A stretch of DNA of 63,999 nucleotides, the filler included, from Basidiobolus ranarum (lineage: Eukaryota), in the NCBI GenBank assembly GCA_040143965.1. It is 20 parts of 20 records of this genome, joined end to end, with 100 filler letters (N's around TTAATTAATTAA, not from the genome) between each part and the next. Parts side by side here need not be neighbours in the genome. Positions count along the whole stretch, not along the records: positions 9,663 to 12,780 come from JASJQH010002717.1; positions 12,881 to 15,997 come from JASJQH010002718.1; positions 16,098 to 19,212 come from JASJQH010002719.1; positions 19,313 to 22,427 come from JASJQH010002720.1; positions 22,528 to 25,640 come from JASJQH010002721.1; 15 more parts are not named here. One strand, 5' to 3'. A program made the translations under genes and the position numbers. Of this stretch, positions 10,546 through 22,979 are shown piece by piece. The notes beneath the pieces are model-generated. The model saw only the letters and a list, made by a program, of their open reading frames with translations, searched no databases and had not been told where the DNA came from. How positions within the stretch are numbered: position 1 is the stretch's first letter; the number at the start of each line of letters is the position of its first letter.

Positions 10546-12780
10546 GAAATGCATCCAGAGTGCCAGAATATTGCAGAACCAGATCTACAGTCTCTCCCAA
10601 ATACTTGAACATTTGATTTACTGCAGTTTTGTGCTCAGATCCTGGACTTTTGAGATATTGGGTGACAGTTTCTACTGCCATAACAATATCTGGACAGTCT
10701 CCAACAATTGTTTACACTAAACTACCAACCATGGATTGATAAGGGAATGCCTGGCTTTAATTTGAGTCGTGCTGGGCCCAATCAGATGCAATTCTAATAA
10801 TCTCACATTGGGATCTATTAATCCTAATACAGGCTTGCTATACTCCATTTTAAAGGATTTTGGGATGTCCATGTTGTATCTAGACCGTTTCAGTATGATT
10901 TTCTAATTGGGTTTATCTCTCTCTATTTGATTTCCAAGAAAATAGCTTATTTCACTGATATTATGCATCTGAAATTGGTTTAATAAACTTTTTTTTCTGA
11001 CAAAGTGCTTCTAGATCATTTGTAGCTATGAACAAGTCATTCACATATAGTGCCAAGATAAGGATCCTATTTCTGGTGGTTTTAATGTCAATACTGTGAT
11101 CTGCTGTGCATTTTTGAAATTCCAGTAATTCCATATAGATATCTACATTGTTGAACCATGCCCTGGGTACTTACTTGAGTCCATATAGGGATTTTTGCAG
11201 TTTGCAGTGTTGAAATTAGGTAAAGGGCAACCTAGTATTTAGTAGTTAGTTTATTTATATTCTGATTAATAAGCACTCAATTCTATCATTGAAAAACATG
11301 TGTCTATTGCTCTAATAGATAGAAATATCATTCAGGTAACTTTTGCCAACTTTCACTATTTTCTCAAAACTTCTCCAAATTATCTCAAATTTTCACCCAT
11401 GCTTAACAGGCATGTTTCTTATGATTCAAGCATGTCTAATAGTTTTATTTCATAGTAAACTATGAATAGTACATATTCAATTCAATAAAGCCTAAGTGTC
11501 TAATTCTCAAATCCAAATCTTGTCCAAAGCTCTTACAAGTCCCCTATACACTTTTATCATGCAGACCATATCAAGAAGTTTGTGGTCAATAAATCCATCT
11601 GGTGGCTCCATTTACATCTCTTCTTCTAGATTTCCATTCAAAAAGGCTGTTTTATATCCATTTAATGTAAATCAACGTTACAGATGGCTGAGAGTGCCCA
11701 GATTCATCAAATGGAGCTAAACTTAGCTAATGGAGCAGAAGTTTCATTAATTGGAACTGCTGGAGTCCCAGAATAACCTTTTGCAACTGATAAGTGAAGA
11801 TAACTCATCAGGCATTGCTTTTTCCCATAATTTGAATTATGGACACTCCAGAGTTTGATGTAGAGTCAAAGTCATGTCACAGAATGCTGCATAAGCTTAT
11901 ACATCATCATTAGAAGTGTTCCATGAGTTCCCTGGCTGGTCTGCAAGCATCCTCTGAAGTAATTGGTGCTGGAATTTTGGTTGAATTGGGCTCAGATACA
12001 GCTGGAATTATGTCAGGCTTGGCCTAAGTATTGCTGATTGTAACTTCTGGATCAAGAACTGTGATTTGAGGTGAAAGTTTACTTGTTCATCAATCATCCC
12101 ATCTCTCCACATAATAAACTTTGGATTTTCAGTATCAAATAGCATGTGAGCAGTAGATCCATCACAGTATCCAATAAATATACATTTGCTGCCTTTGAGC
12201 TCCAATTTAGAGCAATTATGAGCTGGAGTTAGGCAATATCCTGTGCAACCAAAGATCCTGAGATGATGCATGCTTGGTTTTTATCCATATTGGGCTTCAA
12301 ATGGAGTAGAATTTTGTTGCAGTCTTATTGGACATCTGTTTTTCATATAGAATGCAGCAACACAGATTCAGAGCAATATTGTTAATATAACATTCCATCA
12401 TGAAACATTGATTTTGCAAACTCCACTATGTTTCTTTTAGCACATTCAGCAACTCCTTTTTTCTGTGAAGTATAAGGTACAGAGGTTTGTTGCTCAATCA
12501 CATGTTTAGGACAGAAACTAGCAAAGTCTTTGGAGCAGTATTCTCCACCATTATTGCTCCTTAGTACCCTTCTTTTTTGGGCTCATTCTTTCTCTACCAT
12601 TGCTTTGTAGTGCTTGAGCATAACTGAGGCTTCACATCTTCAATGGAGAAAGAATATCCTTGTGCATGTTGTTTGTCATAATTTATGGACTTGATTACCT
12701 GTTTCCTCATTGTGATACATTTTCCTTAGGGCCATAGAGATCAGCATATATCAGTGCAATATTATGAGTGGATTTGATCT
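10546..12780 (-). mobile_element. Decayed Copia integrase-RT remnant interrupted by a solo LTR
   Basis: HLRIFGCTGY..KLELKGSKCIFIGYC, LRSNNGGEY and RT/LALYVND-type segments. Confidence 0.88.
11208..11559 (+). mobile_element. Solo LTR, family B (352 bp), with 5-bp TSD TGCAG
   Basis: TGTTGAAATTAGG...TTTTATCA, flanked by TGCAG at 11203-11207 and 11560-11564. Confidence 0.92.
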
Positions 12781-12880
12781 NNNNNNNNNNNNNNNNNNNN
12801 NNNNNNNNNNNNNNNNNNNNNNNNTTAATTAATTAANNNNNNNNNNNNNNNNNNNNNNNNNNNNNNNNNNNNNNNNNNNN

Positions 12881-13655
12881 TAAGAAGAAAAGTAACATAT
12901 TCTGTGATTACTGTAAAAGAACTGGCCATTTAAGCAAAGATTGCTTTAAAAGAATTGCAAAAGAAGAAAAACATACTGAATCTGGAAATGTAGTTACAAC
13001 AGAAGATCACTTGTTCATATCTGCTCTATCTATGACTACCAACAAGGATTCTCAGACATGGTATATAGTTCTATTCAATAATGGCTTAAGAGACTTGGCC
13101 ATATTGGATTTGAGTATTTGAACAAAATGATCATAAATTGTCTAATTTCTGGAATTCAAATTAACCCCCCCAACCAAAATGGAATTTTGTGAGGGTTATA
13201 TATATGGAAAACAAGCCAGGCAACTGTTCAAGAGCTCTGGCTTAGTCAAATATGTCAAAAAATTGGATCTAATTCATTCAGATTTGTGTGGACCTATACA
13301 AAATTTATTTTTAGGTGGAAAAAGATATTCAATCACATTTATTGATGCTTATACAAGACACACTTGGGTCTACTTTATGAAAAGAAAAGAAGAAGCTCTC
13401 TTGATATTTAGTGATCTTAAAACACTTGTGGTGACTGATACTGGAACTAAAATCAATAAAATATATACTGATAATGGTGGAGAATATACTTCTACACTAT
13501 TTAAGCACTTTTGCAAAGTTCATGGAATTAAGCAAGAAACTACTGCCCCCATTCACCTCAACAAAATGGAGTTGCTGAAAGAGCTAACAGGACTATAGTA
13601 CACATGGCAAGATCTATGATAAATGCACAAAATTTATCTCATTACTTTTGGGTGG
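12881..13655 (+). mobile_element. Copia gag/integrase remnant
   Basis: CDYCKRTGHLSKDC knuckle. ORF 13179-13598 has LDLIHSDLCGP, ITFIDAYTRHTWVYF and TDNGGEY. Confidence 0.92.
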
Positions 13656-14112
13656 TGTAGTGGGGTAGCATTGCTACCCACTGGCAGGTTGACTTATTTC
13701 CACTCCAAGCTCATATCATTACTATTGCACAATTTCTATTTTGTTATCCATATTTGACTTACCCATATTTTCTAGCCAATCATATCACACCATTAGTATC
13801 ATCCCCTATTATTTCAGATTTATCAGTGTTAACCCACATTAGCCCTATTATTTTCTGGAAAATTCTACAATCTACCAGAACATTCCACTAGATTCTTGGA
13901 ATATTTGATGATTGATTGAGTTTTGACCAATCAAAACTTGATTTTGCCGGAACATTCCATGACTTTCCGGATTATTCTACCACCTTCCAGAACATTCCAT
14001 GGATCACTAATCTTATAATTTATGGTGATAGCATAACCCCAGATCCCCACCAATAGAATTCTCTGGAACTTTCTGGAAACTCTCATTGGTAATTATTTCT
14101 ACCATCAGAAAA
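13656..14112. mobile_element. LTR-like insertion rich in heat-shock elements
   Basis: Starts TGTAGTGGG abruptly within a Copia integrase, with a hairpin GGGTAGCA-T-TGCTACCC near its start and repeated nGAAnnTTCn motifs. Truncated by the CMC element at 14113. Confidence 0.55.
13853..14078. promoter_or_regulatory. Cluster of three perfect 3-unit heat-shock elements
   Basis: TTCTGGAAAATTC (13853-13865), TTCCAGAACATTC (13985-13997) and GAACTTTCTGGAA (14066-14078), plus 2-unit GAACATTC at about 13877 and 13950. Confidence 0.55.
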
Positions 14113-15997
14113 CCCTAACAAAAATAAAATTGATTTGATCTGGATTGGATCCACCCTCCAAAATAGCAAAACTGTCAGTGAACCATCACAATATTGGTGG
14201 CTTGCATTCTGCCAAGAATTTTGATGGTGTGATGGTGGATTTTGACGGTATTCATACATGTTAAAACATTGATCCTCAAATTTGGCATGCATTATTAAAT
14301 ATCTGGCAATTTTTGAAAAAATATATTTTTTCAATGCCAAATTACTGGGTTTACTGTTGTAGGAATTCAAATCAATATCCATGCCTTTATTTAGATATTT
14401 TAGGCTTTGTATTCCAGCCATAATGAGAATCAAAGAATAGAAGAATCTAGTTGTGTTTAGTCTCTACATATGCACATACTTGACTGATTAGACATAACTC
14501 AACAACATCCATATGCTTTACCAGCAAACTAATAGTGGAAAAATTGCTAAATATCTGAAATTTTGAATAGCACTGACACTTAGCAAATAGCTGACTCTGG
14601 TTACCATTCATAATAAGAATAAGCTCTTGGATTTTGGCAAATTTCCATAAAGAATTCAGCCAATATATCCCCAACTTGCAGTCAATAAATGTCCTGCCAC
14701 AAGTAGATGCATCATTGCTAGAATGGATTACCCCATGGCTAAAACAATAATACAGCATATCTTGATCTATCTCACCAAGAAATCTGTCTTGCAGCTTTCC
14801 TAAAAATACCATCAGATTATTACACAAACAAATTAGTCCAAATCATAGAGGTACTTACTCTGTCTCCATGGATTGGGCTTTGTTGCTGTTATTGTGCTCA
14901 AACAATGTGAAAACCCATGAGCACATTGAAAAAAGCCCATTGTTGGCAGGTTAATATACTCTGGAGTCTCCTTAACCCATTGCATTTCATCCATCACTGA
15001 TTTTGCTGATACATTTTTAATCAGATTAGCATATGGTAACACTGACAATTCCACATGGAGCATCATTTCACTGCAGGTGCACTCCATTGGGAACTCCCAG
15101 AATGTATAGAAAGGGCCTATAATCTCTAAGCATTGTGAAAGGTGCAGCAGGGAATATACTGAATATTGGCATACATTCAGTCTATCTTCTTTAAATCTGT
15201 GATAAAGTTTTTCATATCCAATTACAAAATCTTTGCACAATTGCTGTATCTACCTGAGATCTACCAATGTGAGTTGATGCCATAAGAATATATTAACAAT
15301 ATTGACAAACAACTCCCAATGTTGCCAATATTTATCAGGCAGAAATCTTTTCAAAATTCCACTTGATTATATACAAATCCAATACTTCCAGTCTTTGCAT
15401 TTGAATAAATGCCTAGATGAGTGGATATTGATGGGAGTCCGGGTAATATATGATGGTATCTTGACATTTTCAAGCATTTTCCCAATCAATTCAAACTTTG
15501 ATCCTATCTTAAATGGTTCATTCATATTGAATTTACCACTATATAGCTGAGTGAGTAGTTTTGGAATGTTGTTGAATAGTAAGTGCATTGTGCCTAATAG
15601 GACACTCTGGCTCCAGCTGATCCCCTTTAGCAATAAAATCTTAGGCTTACAGCTAATACCAAGTTTGATGTTAGACTCACTATTTGGTGAACTGATATCA
15701 GTGATCATATTGAAATCTGACTGGGCTCTTGATGGTAAAATCATGAAGTTTAGTATTGTATTTGGATAGTAGTAATGCGTATGCCTGATAGAATAAACTC
15801 CATTGATTTGACAAAATCTACAGCAAGATAATGCATTGTGCCTGCAAAAACCTCCAAGTTTACTGATGGCAGGAGTGTCACCAATACATACAATGATATT
15901 AGCTTTAATAAAATATTCACCCATCTGAACCCCATTAGATAACCATTCAAATTCTGCAATCAAAGGCTCCAAGAAGCTATCTATAAGCACTGGTGAT
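14113..15997 (-). mobile_element. CMC/EnSpm (CACTA-superfamily) transposon: decayed Tnp2-type transposase and 3' terminus
   Basis: IDSFLEPLIAEFEWLSNGV, CIGDTPAISKLGGFCRHNALSCCRFC, GTMHLLFNNI, FKCKDWK and SLLHL..GP..FWEFPME are Transposase_21/DUF4218-like motifs. CCCTAAC terminus at 14113. Confidence 0.9.
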
Positions 15998-16097
15998 NNN
16001 NNNNNNNNNNNNNNNNNNNNNNNNNNNNNNNNNNNNNNNNNTTAATTAATTAANNNNNNNNNNNNNNNNNNNNNNNNNNNNNNNNNNNNNNNNNNNN

Positions 16098-16361
16098 CGA
16101 AAATTTCTTAGAATAATGACACCAACTTAGAAGTTCTCAGATATATAGATTTTGATAACTAGTGCTAGAAGCCCCAAACTTTGCACACATATTCCTGGGA
16201 CCTTCCTTAGCACATTATATGCTTTAGTTTGTTTACATCTTGACAAAACTATAAATGTCAGTTGAATACTCAATAAGTCAACAAGTGAAAACCACTAATT
16301 TGTCTAGTTCTCCAAAACACTTCCAACAGGCTCCCAAAATACTTGAACAGGTGATGAGCCC
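16098..16361 (+). mobile_element. Copia LTR family A (3' part) plus PBS
   Basis: Matches 29139-29467. Ends AACA at 16349, followed by GGTGATGAGCCC. Confidence 0.85.
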
Positions 16362-17155
16362 TAAGCTTGCACTCTCTGTAATGTTCACCTACGAAAACAT
16401 GTTAGACCTGCTTCACTAACTGTAATGAATCTAAATGTATGTAATATCTCCAAGAGTAGTGGAATCACCTTTGTTATATCAAAGACTGTTAGTTGGGTTC
16501 TGATTAGGCTATGTGAAAAATATAAAGTTGGATCATGGAGAGATATTGTCAATTGAAAAATGCACACACAGAAATGAATGAGATATGAACGCTAGTGCAT
16601 CTTGGCTCCATCATATTGATGAAATTTGAGAAATCCAGCTATATTACTATAGAGTGCATCTGACTATATATCAGTAACACTAGCTTAGGATTTGATATTG
16701 AACTTGTTGCAATGTCTCCTACAATCATGGCGGTAATAGAGTTAGTGCTTTATCGCCAAGTAATGAAACATATAAATATACAAGCTCCAAATATTATTAT
16801 AAATGGACAGTCTAGCTTTTGTCATAATGGACGATTACACGGCTGGTGTCCCAATCCTATCACAACGGCATCTGTCTGATGAGAATTGAAGGAGAACTTA
16901 GCTGCAGCAATCGATTCAAGTCATGAATCCCAATGGTATTCAGTGAAGCAAAGATGAAAAGTGTTTATTTTCAATTTAGTGGCGTTTGGTGGCAACAATT
17001 ATAAATACACAGCAAAATGGATATATATATCCGTAGTGTGTATTCTTGATTGACTCTTGCTAATACTGTAGTATAAATTTGATAAGATATGAAAGCTAGA
17101 AAAAAGCTTCGTTTCGAATACACTTCAGTTACTGACTCTGTTGTTTCCTCTCAGG

Positions 17156-17500
17156 TCAAATAAGGCTGACAGCTTTCCTGGTTTTCTTTATGGTATCAAA
17201 TATATCTTCTTGGGAAGCAGTTCCGTGAACGATTACAATTCGATCTTCCAAAGAGATGTCTACTTTTTCTACGCCTAGAAAGAGAGCATGATTAGTTACA
17301 TCACGTCTAGTTTGCTTTTCATTGACATTGAAGCCTACCATCTAGTTTGTTGAGAGCTCTATCAATGGCGCCAGTGCAGCCGGAGCAAGCCATTCCAACC
17401 TTGAACTTGTATGTCTGCTGAATATTTTGATGTGAAACGGTGTGAGACTACATAAAAGAATAATGAATAACTTGAAGATAGCGCTTACTGATCCGGTCAT
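17156..17500 (-). CDS. ATX1: Copper chaperone Atx1 (HMA domain), 3 exons, 69 aa
   Basis: Exons 17500-17489, 17417-17339 and 17274-17156 with GT-AG introns of 71 and 64 nt give MTGSQTYKFKVGMACSGCTGAIDRALNKLDGVEKVDISLEDRIVIVHGTASQEDIFDTIKKTRKAVSLI, containing the MxCxxC motif. Confidence 0.92.
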
Positions 17501-18096
17501 GTTGTTAAAGCAAAGTGGAATTGGTTACTTAATTCACAATATTGCGCTAGCGGTTATTTTAAAAGAATCGATTCACCTTGGATTCCTAAATATGAAAATA
17601 TTGGGAAAACTTTATACCTAGATAGTAATGTCAGGTATTGTAAAAAGAAATCAATTACCGTCCGTTACCTACATCCTTCGAATACTTTACTAGTCTTCCC
17701 TCCATCCATGTTCCAGTCACAATAGGGTATTATTATTTCTAGTAAATATATATTATCTTCAGGAGGCAATCTGTTAAAGCAGCGACCTTTTGTAATTCAC
17801 GAATACAGGTGACACTCTTTCTATAGACAGACATGAGTATGTCTTTTTTAATACAAAGAGAAACGTTTACCACCGTACCCAAAATTGCTGATAGCAGAAG
17901 AGAATCTATGGTAAGTAGACCGCTTTTACTAACTAGGACTTCCAGTCAAGCTGGAAGGCAGATAAATGCAGAATCTTAGAACGGTACTTGGTGAATATAG
18001 AATTTACTGTGATGCATGTTTAACTTGGTACCTATGAAAGTATTATTTCAATTAAATCCACTGGAGATATTGATGGTGATATTTGATACAAGGTTC

Positions 18097-18442
18097 TGTT
18101 GAAATAAGCATAGCCTAAACACCTATATAGTCATATATAACTTAGTTTTTGGTTATCCTATATTGAACTAAGATATCTCTCATTATTCTCAAGAGGAATT
18201 TACTTGGAATATTGACACCAACTTGGAAGTTCTGAGATATGTAGATTTTTCAAACTTGTGCTGGAAGCCCCAAACTTTGCACACATGTTCCTGGGATCTT
18301 CCTTAACATATTCTACACGTTTGTTTGTCTACATCTTAACAAAACTGTAAATGTCTACTTAATACTCAATTAATCAATAAGTGAAAACCAACAATTTCTA
18401 GTTCTCCAAACCACTCGCAACAGGCTCCAAAATACTTCAACA
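18097..18442 (+). mobile_element. Solo LTR, family A
   Basis: TGTTGAAAT...TTCAACA. Flanks GGTTC/GGTTA are a TSD with one mismatch. Confidence 0.88.
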
Positions 18443-19313
18443 GGTTACAAATGAAGTGATCTGATCTTTCTGCTAAGTCATTTTATATTCTCCTAGGACT
18501 AGAGGTGCTAAACTGCAAAAATGAATACACTACAACATTCTGTGGACATAACATTGGCTCTGTTGCTTTGGCATAAGCAAATCTCATTCGCCGCTCTTTA
18601 ATTTGTATTTGAACTATGGTTTTTATCAAAGTAATACGAACAATCTGGGCATTCAAAAAGGGTCATTGAGTCTAAATACATTCTCCAGTTGTAATTAGCT
18701 GTTCCAAATAGCTTAGTTGAAGGTAGAATTTCACTCACTTCCTGACCCTGAAAATCAGTACTAATGTGTGGATTAGAATTAAGGTTCCAATCCGTGTTAG
18801 CAGTACAGTACAACCATTGCAGCAAATAGCATTTATCTAGATAAGATTATATATATATAGATTATATAATATTATGAATCCTTATCCAGGTGGAGATTTA
18901 TCACCAAAGCAAAAGCGCCTACGTTGTCCTAATGTAGATAAATCCATGCATCAAAAAAAGAACAGCAATGATCGTGTCTGCGGGCTTGCATAATTGCTGC
19001 GGCTTAGGTGGCATGAGACTACTTACCAAAGCACCCCCCCCCCACTTGGCTGGTTCCAGTATGGTAGGCATTGTCAATAGTTGATAATCATAAATGAAAA
19101 CCACTTGGCCACTGAGCAATATATATATCCTTAAGGATCGGGCTATTTTAAAGGTGAGATACACATGAGCTCAATCACCATCAGAAAGGAAAACCCCTCA
19201 GACAGCTGCTCTNNNNNNNNNNNNNNNNNNNNNNNNNNNNNNNNNNNNNNNNNNNNTTAATTAATTAANNNNNNNNNNNNNNNNNNNNNNNNNNNNNNNN
19301 NNNNNNNNNNNNG

Positions 19314-19439
19314 GAGGAGAGCTCCATGGATGTCCAAGGAGGATTCAGTCCTGAGGACTCTGAAGGCTTCATCAAGATCCAAAGCATTCGTCTCAAGAAG
19401 TTTGGACAATCAGTCGCCCGTAACGGTGGCAAATTCTAA
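19314..19439 (+). CDS. ARG1: Argininosuccinate synthase, C-terminal end (5'-truncated by contig start)
   Basis: EESSMDVQGGFSPEDSEGFIKIQSIRLKKFGQ..* matches the fungal Arg1 C-terminal SSMD..GF.P.D..GFI.IQ.IR.KK pattern. Confidence 0.88.
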   Translation, partial: EESSMDVQGGFSPEDSEGFIKIQSIRLKKFGQSVARNGGKF

Positions 19440-20777
19440 ATTTATACATGTTCATTAGTTCTCGCTTATTTTAACCAAAATTAGGACAGACGTTTCAAGG
19501 AATACATTGTACAATTTTCACTATTCATAGATCATTACTTCAAGCCAATGGATTGGTATTCAATAAATCGAAATTAAAACCATATACATTTAGTGAATCA
19601 AACGTTAATTACGGTCATGTATCATTGTCATTATGGATGTACACTTCTCTGTTATTTACACTAGGTTTTACGTTCATTAACACTAATTAGTGACAACAGG
19701 CAAGTTTGTTCTAATAGTCAATCATCAATCGTGGAGATGTGGTTATTTACATGAATTTTCAAAATCTTGGACATCTATATTTAAATCATTGTTACAGCTG
19801 ATCTCATATTTTGATTGTCAGACGATAATTGAGTTAATTTAGGGAATAAGATTTACTGATACTCCTATAACAATATGATCTAGAAAGAATACTAGCCACC
19901 TTGTACCTGCCTCCTTAAAGTTATTCCATAACTGTGGCTTTTGACAACTTATCAATCGCATATTTATTGAAATCTATACAGGTATCGGCACTTGAATGTC
20001 TGATATGTAAGGACTAGTCCACTCTAAGCACAATCCTATATTATATTTGCCTTTCTTTTCAAAAAATATTGTTTCAGAGAATTGTGTGCAAGAAAAATAT
20101 GGGATTAATTCAGGCAGAATACTTCAATATCGATATTATTATATTTCTTGGATGGAGAATGTATACTCTGCTGACTTTCAGATATTACCTTGTTCGCCTC
20201 AGTTGTGTGCCATTGATCCGAGAAATGGCGTGTTGGATATATTATATCTCTTTGTCTTCATTTATTAATATTCAAAATGGATGTTTCTCAGCCTCAAAGA
20301 TTTCACTATTTTTAATCAAAGTCTTGACCAGACCAATGATTCTACTTTAGGTAGGCTTGGAACGGACCACGCCATGTTTTGGGAAGCAAAATCAATTACG
20401 TCGATGGTGTCTATATTCAAACTGAGGTTAACAGTCAACAATCCTTATAAGGGTATCTACTTTCTAGTATAGTTCATTTCGTAAAAATATTTGAAGAATA
20501 GGGCAGCTTTTTGGTGATGGTTGAAATACCGAATTCTCTCATTTTCATTCGGGGTTTATTGTAATATCTAGAAACAATGAATGTTATCCTAGACTCTAGC
20601 TCTGGACGCGATAATAAATGAAATATGAAGAGAGGGAAGGTGCATTTATCAAAGAATTATAGTTGTTATGTATATAATACACCTCAACATAATAGTCAGT
20701 TGAAAGGAACGCGTGTCCAAATTCAAGGTTATGTGGGGCAGGGGAGAGTTCAAACCATTTAGAGGACTGAACGCTCT

Positions 20778-20999
20778 CTAATCTTCAGTCTTCGGTACGG
20801 CATTGGCTGCACTTATGGAACCAAATAAGGTGGACTTTGGATAGGGACTACGTGGAAGCTTGCAGCTTTCTTTGAGCCAATTGACATCTTTGGAGAAAGA
20901 AATGGACATGTTGGGCTTATGTGAAGAGCTCTTTGTCTCGCCAGGGATGAGGTTGGAGTTGCTGCTTTCAAGTCCCATGGTTTGTGTGGCAGTAGACAT
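20778..20999 (-). CDS. Small hypothetical Ser/Thr-rich protein (73 aa)
   Basis: ORF MSTATQTMG...KLPRSPYPKSTLFGSISAANAVPKTED is a GC-richer island with a TATA-like TATATAT about 150 nt upstream. No homolog recognised. Confidence 0.4.
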   Translation of the reverse strand: MSTATQTMGLESSNSNLIPGETKSSSHKPNMSISFSKDVNWLKESCKLPRSPYPKSTLFGSISAANAVPKTED

Positions 21000-22167
21000 A
21001 AGTAATATTAAGATAGAATAAAGGTATATAATATGAAAGTAAAGTTCAAAACCAGTCCCAGAAGTAAGGAAGTCGAAGTTATTTATTGCTTTGCTCTCAA
21101 TCTTTACTGATTGCACGTTTATAAGTCCTGGATCGATCAAGAGCATATACATATATATAGGTGGCTATTTGAAGGGAGAAATATTAAATCTCCGTGATTC
21201 AGATTTACAATTGGAGTAAATGGTTGACATAACACACTGAACATCAATTCTATGCACAGGAAAGGTACTTCATGATATCATGTTGATGTCAACCTCGTGT
21301 GCTTGATTGGACCAGTTTATCCGTAAAATCATCTAGTATCCGCCAGACAAGTCAAGAAGCAATTGAAATAGCTCACACTCAGTCCCATAAACTCGAGGAT
21401 CGATGGAGGATAAACAAAAGGGCCTTGATGTGTATTTACTTAGTTAGGTTTCAAGCACACATGTAGAACCCGACACCGTTACACCATGCTGTCTGGGATT
21501 GGACAAGATGTGCGAGATAAGCAACATATGCTTGGAAAATCGTTCATCCGCCCGCGTGATTTATCTATTAATGGTATTTTAGCGCTTAGAGTCGGAACGA
21601 ATTTCCTATATCCATATATACAAACACAGATATAAATATACACACATTTTAATCAAATTGCTCTGATTCCCGGATTGATGGTCACTTTGATTGATGCTAC
21701 TTGAATATCATTCAGGGGACATGCAACAAATTCAACTTAACTAAGGATATTGTTAATTCCTGTATTAGACTCCAATTAATTCATCTCATTTATTGCGAGG
21801 TGATTGGGGTGCGTTTAAGTATAGTATATGTATAGTATCGTTTACTAGTTCAAGGTCAGACTCTCTAATTTGTGTGATATAATTGCACTCGGGTATTAAC
21901 CATGGATAAGCGTAAGTGAGCAAGATTCACTCCTTACTCTATTGCGTTTAATGATTGTGTAGTTGTATTCAAAAAGAGGCGCTCGAAACTAATCCATACA
22001 GAGCTATTTGAAGAGAAACAAGAGAAACGATTACAACGGATGGAAAGGACAAAGGATCGAAGTTTGAGATGAGTCGGATATAACTGAGGGCTGGTGCTGT
22101 CAAATGTAGGAGGGGAAGTGTACAAAAATGGATCTTCTCGTAGCGTTTTTGTGATTGTGGATTATAT

Positions 22168-22427
22168 TCATTTCATTAATTGGTTTAATAACTGTTCGGC
22201 AGTAAGGCATGGTTGTGTACTATGATGTGCGGGTGCAGAAATCGTAACGGAAGTGGAGTTGGACATAATGTAATCAATAGAATGAGCTGGAGCATAAAAC
22301 AAATCGTCAAATGAGGAAACGCTCGGAGATCCGGAATTCGTATTGGTCATTGCTGATCTAGGTGGGGAGAAGTTTGGTGAACTGGGGAGTTCTTGAGATG
22401 GATGCCCATCGGAAGGGGAGTGTAGGG
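22168..22427 (-). CDS. C-terminus of an unknown Ser/Pro-rich protein (5'-truncated)
   Basis: Frame is open from the contig end: LHSPSDGHPSQELPSSPNFSPPRSAMTNTNSGSPSVSSFDDLFY...EQLLNQLMK*. CpG-normal, gene-like composition. Confidence 0.5.
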
Positions 22428-22527
22428 NNNNNNNNNNNNNNNNNNNNNNNNNNNNNNNNNNNNNNNNNNNNTTAATTAATTAANNNNNNNNNNNNNNNNN
22501 NNNNNNNNNNNNNNNNNNNNNNNNNNN

Positions 22528-22660
22528 TAAGCACGTCCAATAGTCCTATTTCATAGTAAACTATAAATAGGACATATTCAATTCAATAAAACTTAAGTGT
22601 CTAATTCACAAATCCAAATCTTGTCCAAAACACTTCCATATCCCCTAAACACTTTTATCA
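22528..22660 (+). mobile_element. Copia LTR family B, 3' part
   Basis: Matches 11428-11559 and ends TTTTATCA. Confidence 0.85.
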
Positions 22661-22920
22661 GTAACTCCATGGTATCTTGACTTTTGGCAGTGTTAACAAG
22701 ACTTTGAGGCAAACTACAATCAATGGACTCAATGGGCAAAACTAATGTCAATTTAGTGTACTTATTACTATTGTTATACACCAGGCTTTTTGCAGCTGGT
22801 GGCTTTGTACAGTGACCATGCTTGTGATTACTTTCTTTATGAAGCCTCCGGCTTTCATAGCACAAGAATTTGCAACAATAATAGCAGGGCTTCTTTAAAC
22901 ATATGTGTTGCAGCATGAGA
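22661..22920 (-). mobile_element. Fragment of the CMC/EnSpm element (5' coding part)
   Basis: Reverse-complement homology to 41784-42040, which runs on into the EnSpm transposase. Confidence 0.7.
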
Positions 22921-22979
22921 AGGATATTGTAGAAAAAAGAACACATCCTATATAAGGGTGGTATTTTAGATTGCCCAAA

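Noticed and set aside
16451-16580. Weak similarity to 29470-29600
   Set aside because: Probably an old repeat fragment, too diverged to classify by eye.
18480-19212. Minus-strand ORF fragments (75 and 81 aa)
   Set aside because: No consistent splice model or recognisable domain. Possibly a pseudogene.
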